Shown one piece after another: positions 49,903-60,049 of a stretch of DNA of 64,000 bases (position 1 is the stretch's first letter; the number at the start of each line of letters is the position of its first letter). The DNA is from Chiloscyllium plagiosum. Lineage: Eukaryota. The notes beneath the pieces were generated by a model, which had not been told where the DNA came from, did no database searches, and saw nothing but the letters and a program-made list of their open reading frames with translations. The stretch is taken from the NCBI RefSeq assembly GCF_004010195.1, contig NC_057755.1:11793252-11857251 (forward strand). Direction: 5' to 3'. Position numbers and translations under genes: made by a program.

Positions 49903-52270
49903 AGTCAAAACGTGTGGCACTGGAAAGGCACAACAGGTCAGACAGCATCCGAAGAGTAGGAGAGTCGATGTTTCGGGCATAGGCCCTTCATCAGGAATGT
50001 TGGGGGTTGGAGAGAGAAAGGGGGCTGAGAAATAAATAACAGGGTGGGGGAAGGTAGCTGGGAAGGCAATAGGTAGATGCAATTGGGGTGAGAGTGGTAG
50101 GTCGGAGGGGAGGGTGGAGCAGATAGATGGGAAGGAAGTTAGCAGATAGATGAGGTGTTTAGATATGCAGGAAAATCTCTGACAGATGTGAAAAGATCCT
50201 TTGGGGTCTTGGACAGAGGTGAGGGGGGAGGTGGGAGTTCAGGTTTTCCACCTCTTGCAGTGGCGAGTGAAGGTGCTGGGTGTGGAGGGTGAGTTAGGCA
50301 TGGACCAAACGAGAGAGTCACGAATGGAATGGTTTCTGTGGAATGCAAATAGGGGTGGGGAGGGAAATATAGCTCTGCTGGTGGGGTCTAATTGTAGTTG
50401 GTGGAAATGGCGGAGGATAATGTGCTGTATACTGAGATTGGAGAATCAACGTTTCGGGCATAAGCCCTTCTTTGGGCTTATGACCGAAACGTCGATTCTC
50501 CTGTTCCTTGGATGCTGCCTGACCTGCTGCGCTTTTCCAGCAACACATTTTCAGCTCTGATCTCCAGCATCTGCAGTCCTCACTTTCTCCTGTATATGGA
50601 GATTAGTGGGTTGGAAGCTGAAGACCAGGGGGATTCTATCCATGTGATTAGAGGAGTGTTGTCCAAGAGCAGAGGTGCAGGAAGTGGAGGGTGTTGTTGA
50701 TCACATGGGTGGGGAAATTGCAGTCTGTGAAATAGGATGCACTGAAGGGCATTGTTAATCATGTTGAAGGGGAAATTCCTTGAAATAGAATCTCCTCCAC
50801 TTCCTGCACCTCCGCCCTTGAACCCCACCCCACCAACAAAAAGGATAGAAACGCCCCCACCCCGGCCATCACCTTCCATCCCAATAATCTCAGCATACAG
50901 CGCATTATCCTCTGCCATTTTGGTTGCAGTCTTCCTAAGGGGAAAATGAGGTATTTTCTTCCAGCTTGTGCTGGAAGGTATGTTTTTGGGCCCTTGGATA
51001 CAGAGAAGGTAAATGGGCAGGTGTTACACCTTTGGTAGTTGCAGGGGAAGGTGCCATGGGACTGTGGGTGGGTGTTGGGAATGAAGGAAGATTGGACCAA
51101 GGTGTCATGAAGGAAACTTGGCCCTGCAGAAGGCGCACAAGGAAGAGGAGGGGAATGTGTCTGCTGGTGACATCTTGCTGGAGGTGGTAGAAATGGCAGC
51201 TGGATGTGGATGTTGGTGGGATAATAGGTAAGGACAAGGGGAACTCTATCGCTGTTGCAGGAGGGAAGAGAAGGGGTGAGGACAGATGTGCGGCAGATGA
51301 ATCAGACCCATTGACGGCCCAGTTGCCAACGGTGCTGTGAAATGCACGGTTGAGGAAGAAGGTAGACATTCGGAGGCTCTCGTTGAGGTTTGCCTCATCA
51401 AAACGTATGTGATGAAGGAATTGGGAGAATGGAATGGAGTTCTTAACAGAAACAGGGTGCGAGGATGTATTTTCCAGGTAGCTGTGGAAGTCGGGTTTAT
51501 AGTGGACATTGGTGGCAGAAATGGAAATAGATGTCAAGGAAGGGAAGGGAGGAGTCAAAGATAGACCAGGTGAAAGTGAGGGTGGGGTGGAAATTGGAAG
51601 CAAAATCGATTAACTTTCCCAATCCCAGCCAAGAGAGGGAAGCAGCATTTATGATATCGATATATTAAAGAAAGAGTTGTGGGTGGGCTCCAGAATAGGA
51701 CTGGAACAAGGAATGTTCCATGTAACCCATGAAGAGACAGGCATAACTGAGGCCAATGGCCACCCCTCTGACCTGGAGAAAATAAGTTAAAAGAGAAGTT
51801 GAGGGTGAGGCCAAGCTCAGCCAAGTGGAAGAGAGTGATGGTGAGTGGGGATGATTCAGACCTTTGTTTCAGGAAGAAGTGGAGAGCCCTGAGACTATCC
51901 TGGTGGAGGATGGATGTGTAAAGGGATTGCACATCGCTGGTAAAGAGGAGGCGGCTGAAGCCTGAAAACTGGAAACTCCAAAACTGGCGTAAAGTGTCAG
52001 AGGAATTACGGGTGTACGTTGGCAGGGACTGGACCACTGGAGAAAAGATTCAATTAAGGTAGAAAGAGATGGGTTCTGTGGGGTAGGAGCAGACTGAAAC
52101 AATGGGCAGTCCTGTTTTTGGATTTTTGGAAGGAGGTAGAAGCAATCTGTGGGGCTGGTGGACGATCAGTTTGGAGGCAGTGGGGGAGAGGTCACCGGAT
52201 GAAATGAGCCCTGTGACCGTGGTTGACATAATGGCCTCATGTCATCGTGGGCTCATGATCCAGAGGTATC
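49903..52270 (-). mobile_element. Decayed Penelope-like element(s), Neptune type: RT, Cys-rich linker and family A pLTR with hammerhead motif
   Basis: RT SSDTLRQF...LLFTSDVQSLYTSILHQDSLRAL, thumb VHYKPDFHSYLENTSSHPVSVKNSIPFSQF, Cys motif GTFPCNYQRCNTCPF, and pLTR 49903-50130 with ttcCTGATGAaGGGCctatGCCCGAAACATCga. The thumb/linker region occurs twice, implying two partial copies. Confidence 0.85.
50440..50590 (+). mobile_element. Short fold-back family A insert nested in the PLE
   Basis: Short inverted arm plus pLTR and tail ...cactttctcc. 14-bp TSD with two mismatches (tgtatactgagatt / tgtatatggagatt). Confidence 0.78.
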
Positions 52271-52299
52271 TGTACAACAGCACCAGCCTTATTCCAACT

Positions 52300-52585
52300 A
52301 TAGAGTCCGAGATGTACAGAATGGATATAGACACTTCTATCCAACTCGTCCAGGCTGACCAGATATTCTAAATTAATCTAGTCCCATTTGCCTGCACTTG
52401 GTTTGTATCCCTCCAAACCCTTCCTAACCATATACCTATCCAGCTACCTTTTAAATGTAATTGTACCAGCTCCACCATTGCCTCCGACATCTCTATCATA
52501 CACCCTGTGAAAAAGTTGCCTTTAGGTCCCTTTTAAATCTTTCCCCTCTCGCCCAAAACCTATCCCCTCTCATCCTGGACTTGTG
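52300..52585 (-). mobile_element. CR1 3' UTR fragment
   Basis: tagagtccgagatgtacag...aattaatctagtcccatttgcc, the same 3' end as at 41514. Confidence 0.75.
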
Positions 52586-53329
52586 GAGCATCTTCGTGTG
52601 GCTTCAACTTGCCACAAGGCTGAGAGCGCAAATGATGCGATGTTGTCTCACTTCCTTTCATAATGTGTACTGTCTCATTAACTCGGTCAGACTGACATCC
52701 TTCCACTGAACAATAGGGAGATGGTGCCTGCAATTCTGTGGGAAATCGGACAGTACCTCTGCAGAGCAGACATGAAGGGTCGGATGATCTAACCATGCTT
52801 CTCTTCCTCATGGATTGGCAGAATCTAATTGTTCTGATTTCGAAATGTTCCAGCGACAGATGCCAAGCGGGATCGAATTGCCATCAGCCTTTACAAAAAT
52901 TATGGGACAACGTTTGATACACAGATAGCAAAACAATTCTATTCTGATGGATAAGCACTAAACACAATTTGGAACAATCTGTGCTATCGCTTCCAATGGT
53001 CCACCCCTTTCCTCAACCCTAGTATCTGACCAATTTCCACAATATAATAAAACAAAGAACTGCGGGTGCTGAAGATCTGATTGAAAACAGAAAACGTTTG
53101 GAGAAACTCAGTAATTGGGTCTGGTAGCATCTGTGGAGAGGGAAACGGTTAACGTTTCAAATCCAGTGACTTTTTTTCGAACTGATCACCTGGTGCCCAC
53201 TTTCCACATTGTAATCATTCACCGTTATTAACTAGTTGTGTATTTGCACAAAGCCAACTTTACCTTCTAAAGTTGTAACAATCAGGAATACACTGACTTT
53301 TGAATTGTTTCTGGAACTACCTCAGAATC

Positions 53330-53479
53330 TCCAATGAATTAGGCACAAGCCTGCCCGCGCGGTTACTATGGTTCCGGGTGATTGACAGCGACTGGTCGCG
53401 CCCTCACGGTTGCTAGGCAGCAGCGTTCAGGCCGGAGTCCGGAGAAGGGAACGGGATCGTGGAGACGAGAAGATCCACC
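53330..53479 (+). promoter_or_regulatory. STOX1 CpG-rich proximal promoter/5' UTR with two X-box-like motifs and a PBX-PREP/MEIS decamer
   Basis: Abrupt rise in GC and CpG content. Motifs: GTTACTATGGTTCC (53362-53375), TGATTGACAG (53379-53388), GTTGCTAGGCAGC (53409-53421) and CCAAT at 53331. Confidence 0.7.
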
Positions 53480-53771
53480 ATGTCGGTGCAGTTGGCCCGG
53501 AGCTCACTGGCAATGGTTCTGGGGGTTCGGGAAGCGGCCTCGAGGCCGGACCTGAGCGGGCAGCAGTTGCTGGCACAACTGAAGGCGGAGAACCGGCGCA
53601 ATGTGTGGGATGGGCGGCTGGTTCAGGCCGTATCCGGCCTCCTGCTCCTCGGCTGTCTGGATAGCTCGGTCTTGCTGCTAGGTGGCAGCGCCTCACACCT
53701 ACAGGTCCTGAGGGAAGCTTGGAGCCGGAGAGCACTGAGGGCCCCCCGCGGATTCCGTATCAAAGCCATGG
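53480..53771 (+). CDS. STOX1: STOX1 (storkhead box 1) first coding exon
   Basis: Kozak-like ccaccATG, donor ATGG|gtgagt (phase 1). MSVQLARSSLAMVL...NVWDGRLVQAVSGL...LQVLREAWSRRALRAPRGFRIKAMG matches recalled human STOX1 exon 1 (MARPVQLAPGSLALVL...[25 protein letters not shown]). It lies downstream of CCAR1, as in human. Exon 2 was not seen in the window. Confidence 0.93.
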
Positions 53772-53841
53772 GTGAGTGTCTGGAGAGAGAGAGACTTGGG
53801 TACAGCGAGAAGTACAATACTGAGAGGGGGTGTTGGGGGGA

Positions 53842-54341
53842 NNNNNNNNNNNNNNNNNNNNNNNNNNNNNNNNNNNNNNNNNNNNNNNNNNNNNNNNNNN
53901 NNNNNNNNNNNNNNNNNNNNNNNNNNNNNNNNNNNNNNNNNNNNNNNNNNNNNNNNNNNNNNNNNNNNNNNNNNNNNNNNNNNNNNNNNNNNNNNNNNNN
54001 NNNNNNNNNNNNNNNNNNNNNNNNNNNNNNNNNNNNNNNNNNNNNNNNNNNNNNNNNNNNNNNNNNNNNNNNNNNNNNNNNNNNNNNNNNNNNNNNNNNN
54101 NNNNNNNNNNNNNNNNNNNNNNNNNNNNNNNNNNNNNNNNNNNNNNNNNNNNNNNNNNNNNNNNNNNNNNNNNNNNNNNNNNNNNNNNNNNNNNNNNNNN
54201 NNNNNNNNNNNNNNNNNNNNNNNNNNNNNNNNNNNNNNNNNNNNNNNNNNNNNNNNNNNNNNNNNNNNNNNNNNNNNNNNNNNNNNNNNNNNNNNNNNNN
54301 NNNNNNNNNNNNNNNNNNNNNNNNNNNNNNNNNNNNNNNNN
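53842..54341. other. Assembly gap (N)
   Basis: Run of N. Confidence 1.
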
Positions 54342-54990
54342 TTTCACTATAGAACATTGTTTGTAGGAATGTCTCTCAGGGACTACAATTTACAAAAACC
54401 TTTTCATCTGACTGCCTGCTCCTGATCTTTGGTGAGGAAACTAAGCTAGGTGGACCATTTTGCTAATGCAACACTCCAGGCTTGTTTTGTCATTGAAAGT
54501 TTTCTTGTCCTTATCCTTTCCTACTGAGTGCAATGACTCTTGCTGGCATACAGTTCCACGACCACAAGCCATCAGGGATGTCATCGATGTGGCTGGTCTT
54601 TGTGAGAGAATGAGACCACTGTCAGCAATGAGATCGAGCAGTAACAGTAATGAGGCAGTGCTGGATTGCAGAATTACAGTGAACTCTGTTAGAAGAGTTG
54701 AGTAAGATTTTTCTCTCAAATTCTCCAACTTCCTTTATTTCTGTCACCAGAGTTTGTGAAAAGTCATCTCTTCTCAGCTGAAGTTACTGTTCAATTGTAT
54801 CTGATGGGACTCTTTGCCTCAACTTCATTCTCTTTGGAGGGATTTCCTTGTCTTTGTCTTCCATCCCACCCAACTCCATATTTACTGAATCAGTTGAAAT
54901 TTACCTTACATGCAAGATGATCTCACTGCCTCCCCCACCCGAAGCACATCTTCTCCCTCATCTCCCTGCTCTCTGTTCAGTCAACCATCA

Positions 54991-55199
54991 GTTGAAACTT
55001 TATTGCTGGAACAGCACAGCAGGTCAGGCAGCATCCAGGGAACAGGAGATTCGACGTTTCGGGCACAGGCCCTTCTGAAGAAGGGCCTGTGCCCGAAACG
55101 TCGAATGTCCTGTTCCCTGGATGCTGCCTGACCTGCTGTGCTGTTCCAGCAATAAAGTTTCAACTTTGATCTCCAGCATCTGCAGACCTCACTTTCTCC
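54991..55199 (+). mobile_element. Young fold-back family A insert: 85-bp inverted arms, hammerhead motif, 35-nt tail, perfect 14-bp TSD
   Basis: Arms 54991-55075 and 55080-55164 differ by one mismatch. TCAGTCAACCATCA occurs at 54977-54990 and 55200-55213. CTGAAGA-aGGGCctgtGCCC-GAAACGTC starts at 55075. Confidence 0.9.
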
Positions 55200-55635
55200 T
55201 CAGTCAACCATCATACCTGTTCAGTATGAAGTCAAGCAACTGTTTGCTTTTCACCACCTGGTATCATTATTCAGGTCCCAACACCTGTAGCAGATAAGGT
55301 AAGAAGTCATGTACAAATAGAACATAAAACAGTATAGCACAGGAGCAGGCCCTTTGGCCCACCATATCTGCACCAGCCATGATGCAATCTAAATTAATCC
55401 AATCTGCTGGCACATGGTCCATATCCCTGTATTCTCTGTCTGCTCATGTATCTATCGAAATGCCTCTTAAACATTGTTATAGTATCTGTGTCTACCACCT
55501 CCCCAGGCATTGTATTCCAGTCACCTACTATCCCTGTGTGAAAAAAAAAACTCCTTGCACGTCTCATCTTAAACCTCATCTTAAACCTGTGCTTCCTGGT
55601 ATTTGACATTACTACCTTGGAAAAGAGACTCCAAT

Positions 55636-55761
55636 GGAGAAAGTGAGGTCTGCAGATGCTGGAGATCAAAGTTGAAACTTTATTGCTGGAACAGCACAGC
55701 AGGTCAGGCAGCATCCAGGGAACAGGAGATTCGACGTTTCGGGCACAGGCCCTTCTTCAGG
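55636..55761 (-). mobile_element. 126-bp family A insert (hammerhead, pLTR end, tail) with perfect 13-bp TSD
   Basis: AAGAGACTCCAAT at 55623-55635 and 55762-55774. Essentially identical to the right arm and tail of 54991-55199. Confidence 0.9.
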
Positions 55762-55763
55762 AA
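55730..55763 (-). ncRNA. Minimal type I hammerhead ribozyme motif
   Basis: UUC-CUGAAGA-a-GGGC(cugu)GCCC-GAAAC-GUC^GAA. Core intact, stem I UUC/GAA, stem II GGGC/GCCC, palindromic ACGU. Confidence 0.8.
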
Positions 55764-57039
55764 GAGACTCCAATATCCACCTTATCTGTGCCTCTCAATT
55801 TTATATACTTATACCTGTTCACCCCACAGCCTCTGACAGCCTTGCAAAAACAATCCAAGTTTGTCCAAACTTTCCTTGTAGCTAATACACTGTCATCCAG
55901 GCAGCATCCTGGTAAAGTTCTTCTGCATCCTCTCCAAAGTCTCCACATTCTACCCATAATCTGTCATCCAGAATTTCACACGGTACTCCAAATGTAGCCT
56001 AACCAAAAGCCCTATTCGGTTACAACATGACTTTACCAACTTGTATACTCAATGCCCCGATTGATAAAGGCAGCATGCCATATGTTTTCTTTACCACCTT
56101 ATACACATTTGTTTCCATTTTCAAGGAACTAGGGCCTTGGACCAGAATGCAGCCATTTACTGTATATCTTCCTCTTGCATTTGACCTCCCAAAATGCCTC
56201 ACCTCTAACTTGTCCCAAATACACTTCACCTGCCATTTCCCTGCACAACTTTCCAGTACATCCTTTGATATCCTTCCTCACTACCACAAATTCACCAATT
56301 TTCATGTCATCTGCAAACTTATTAATCACAACATGTACATTTCATCCAAATCATTTATGTATATTAGAAATGACAGAGGTCCCAGCACTTGTGTGCAGTT
56401 CTTTTTGTTTTTTAAATAACGTTGGTGATTGTCCAATATTCTGGGACTTCACCAGTGGTTGAAGAAGATATAAAACCTCTGCCTAGGCCCCAGCAATCTC
56501 CTCCATTGCTGCTCCGGTATCTTGGGATAGATCCCATTAGGCTTTGGGGACTTGCTTGTTTTTCAAGACACCAACACCAAGTCCTCCTTAATGTAAGCAT
56601 GACTTAGATTGTCGACAAACTTATCTGGGATTTTCCTAATCTGCAAAATTCTATACCCTGTTCGCAGTGTACCCTTTATGTTGGAGGAACTATATCTCAA
56701 TTAAGTTAATTTCCCAGATGCACTCCAATGTCCAGCGAGACATGAATTCAAAACAGTAAGGGCCGTAACTGCGTAGGTTCTCTCTCTCTCTCTCTCCTGC
56801 ACTGTCCTCACCATGTGCTTCCTTTGTCTGTTCTTCTCCCTTTTAAGACTGCTGTTGTTTTGACTTTTTTTTTCCAAAGTTCCAAAACAATACAACAGCA
56901 TATGAAACAGTAATTACTGCTCCTGGAATTCGAGGAAATCACCTCCAGCACCTAAAATATCTCAAAAAAAGGAGCAGCAGTTACAGCCAGAAATTTTTCC
57001 CGTCCTCTATCTTGGATTACCCAGAATCCTCATCATCTT

Positions 57040-58563
57040 AGAGAAGTGATTGCTGGGACTCTTGCTGAGATATTTGTATCATCGATAGTCACAGGTGAGG
57101 TGCCGGAAGACTGGAGATTGGCAAACGTTCCACTGTTTAAGAAGGGTGGTAAGGACAAGCCAGGAAATTATAGACCAGTGAGCCTGACCTCAGTGGTGGG
57201 CAAGTTGTTGGAGGGAATCCTGAGGGACAGGATGTACATGTATTTGGAAAGGCAAGGACTGATTAGGGATCATCAACATGACTTTGTGAGTGGGAAATCA
57301 TGTCTCACAAACTTGATTGAGTTTTTTGAAGGAGTAACAAAGACGATTGATGAGGGAAGAGCAGTAGATGTGATCTATATGGACTTCAGTAAGGCGTTCA
57401 ACAAGGTTCCCCATGGTAGACTGATTAGCAAGGTTAGATCTCATGGAATACGGGGAGAACTAGCCATTTGGATACAGAACTTGCTCAAAGGTAGAAGACA
57501 GAGGGTGGTGGTGGAGGGTTGTTTTTCAGACTGGAGGCCTGTGACCAGTGACCAGTGGAGTACCACAAGGATCGGTCCTGGGTCCTCTACTTTTTGTCAT
57601 TTACATAAATGATTATATGGGAGAATAAGAGGTACAGATAGCAAGTTTTCAGATGACACCAAAATTGGAGGTGTAGTGGACAGTGAAGTGGGTTACCTCA
57701 GATTACAACAGGATCTTGACTAGATGGGCCAATGGGCTGAGAAGTGGCAGATGGAGTTTAATTCAGATAAACATGAGGTGCTGCATTTTGGGAAAGCAAA
57801 TCTTAGCAGGACTTATACACTTAATGGTAAGGTCCTAGGGAGTGTTGCTGAACAAAGAGACCTTGGAGTGCAGGGTCATAGCTCCTTGAAAGTGGAGTCG
57901 CAGGTAGATAGGATAGTGAAGAAGGTGTTTGATATGCTTTCCTTTATTGGTCAGAATATTGAGTACAGGAGTTGGGAGGTCATGTTGCAGCTGTACAGGA
58001 CATTGATTAGGCCACTGTTGGAATATTGAATGCAATTCTGGTCTCCTTCCTATTGGAAAGATGTTGTGAAACTTGAAAGGGTTCAGAAAAGATTTATAAG
58101 GATGTTGCCAGGGTTGGAGGATTTGAGCTATAAGGAGAGGTTGAAAAGGCTGGGGCTGTTTTCCCTGGAGCGTCAGAGGCTGAGGGGTGACCGTTTAGAG
58201 GTTTACAAAATTATGAGGGGCATGGATAGGGTAAATCGGCAAAGTCTTTTCCCTGGGGTTGGTGAATCCAGAACTAGAGGGCATAGGTTTAGGGTTAGAG
58301 GGGAAAGATATAAAGGAGACCTACGGGGCAATTTTTCCACACAGAGGGTGGTACGGGTATGGAATGAGCTGCCAGAGGACGTGGTGGAGGCTGGTATAAT
58401 TGCAACATTAAAGAGGCATTTGGATGGGTATATGAATAGGAAGGGTTTGGAGGGATATGGACCAGTGTTGGCAGGTGGGACTAGATTGGGTTGGGATATC
58501 TGGTCGGCATGGACGGGTTGGACCGAAGGGTCTGTTTCCATGCTGTACGTCTCTATGACTCTA
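57040..58563 (+). mobile_element. Young 5'-truncated CR1 LINE (RT domain to 3' end)
   Basis: Long ORF pieces [34 protein letters not shown]...YMDFSKAFNKVPH, WQMEFNSDK and QFWSPSYWKDVVKLERVQKRF, with few disruptions. Ends ctctatgactcta. Confidence 0.92.
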
Positions 58564-58729
58564 AGTGAACAAGGTACATGAAAATTTCACAAATTGGAGT
58601 GTATTTATCATTTTCAGGTTGCAGCTCTGAAACAGCACTATAAAATTGCTTTCCATCTGTAAAATTGTAAGATCTTCATGTTTTGATGTATCATATTAAA
58701 GATCAGTAGAGTAAATCTGCCAGGGTAAA

Positions 58730-59315
58730 CATAAACATAGAAACATAGAAGATAGGAGCAAGAGCAGGCCATCAGCCCTTTGAGCCTGCTCTACCATTCG
58801 TCACCATTATGGTTGATCATCTAACTCAGTACCTTAATTCTGCTTTCTTCCTATAACCTTTGATCCCATTCACCCTAAATCCTAAATCTCGCTGCCTCTT
58901 GATTACATTTAATATTTTGACATCAACTACTTCCAATGGTAATGAATTTCACAGGTTCACCACTCTTTGGGTGAAGAAATATCTCCTTGTCTCCATCCTA
59001 AATGGTCCACTCTGAATCCTCAGATTGTAATGCCTGTTCTGTACACACCCACTAGCAGAAACATCCTTCCTGCATCTACCCTGTCTAGTCCCGTTAGTAT
59101 TTTGTAAGTCTCTATGAGATCCTCCCTCACTCGTCTGAACTCCAGCAAAAATAATCCTAACCTAGTCAATCTCTCCTCATGTGTCAGTCCCACCATCCCT
59201 GGAATCAACATGGTAAACCTTTGCACTCACTCGAGAGCAAGATCATCCTTCCTTAGCAAAGGAAACCAAAACTGCACACAATATTCTTGGTGTGGATCAC
59301 CAAGGCCCTGTATAT
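58730..59315 (-). mobile_element. CR1 3' fragment
   Basis: QRFTMLIPGMVGLTHEERLTRLGLF...DLIETYKIL plus 3' UTR. Confidence 0.82.
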
Positions 59316-60049
59316 GGTTAGTATCAGAATGTTTATAGAACAGAAGGAGGTTATTCAGAAAAAGCAGTCTGTTTATTCAACCAAACTAGATCCCTCCCTT
59401 ACATTGAGCACAGAACCAACAAAACTTACAAGTATGTATTTTGAATTAAACTTATAACGGTAGTTAGATTTTACTTCTATTCCCAACCACTGAAGAACGG
59501 AATCTCCATAAAACTAACAAAATCAAAATGAATCTGCTTTGTGTTTATCACTGTTTCATTGTTTGATATGTGGTTCTTGGTGTTTGATTGCCAACCTGTC
59601 TGTTCAATATTACTGTATTCCCTCTATTCTCAGTAAATCTGAAAAATGTTGCAAATCCAATAAAGTACTAACATGTACATGATCAAAGATTAGGCCCACG
59701 CAGTGGGTAACGAATGCCAAGTTATTTGTCTACCTCATTTTTTTGACAAACCCTGCAGGAGGCTCCTCTCTCTTTTAAAAACATCTTCCTTTCTCCAATC
59801 ACTTATGGATCATGTGTGTTGTGCAATATGTCATTTACTGTGTTATATTGTGAATCAACTCTGTAAGAACTCTGGTCTAATCACCTTAAAGGTAGATCAT
59901 TCAAAGCCTTTGGAAATAAATGTGAGATACATTATATCAGCTTATAACAGGTTTGACACAAAAGATTTCAAACATAAAGAAAAAATATTGGATTGTCCAA
60001 AACAGTAAACACCATCTAAACCCAACTCTTACAACACCCCTGTTGAAAC

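Larger units (their letters stand above)
55318..56620 (-). mobile_element. CR1 LINE 3' fragment interrupted by a family A insert
   Basis: INKFADDMKIG and RT C-terminal remnants, with the 3' UTR at 55318-55620. Confidence 0.8.

Noticed and set aside
53772..54425. Extension of the STOX1 ORF past 53771
   Set aside because: A canonical donor G|GTGAGT falls where similarity to STOX1 exon 1 ends. The remainder is intron and N-gap.
54441..54728. Open frames on both strands as a candidate STOX1 exon 2
   Set aside because: No resemblance to the expected DVFPVQMNPITQSQF winged-helix sequence. Exon 2 is probably beyond the window or in the gap.
57046..58581. Functional reverse transcriptase gene
   Set aside because: 5'-truncated, with a frameshift near 57550 and in-frame stops at about 57721 and 58027. 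It is a dead CR1 copy.
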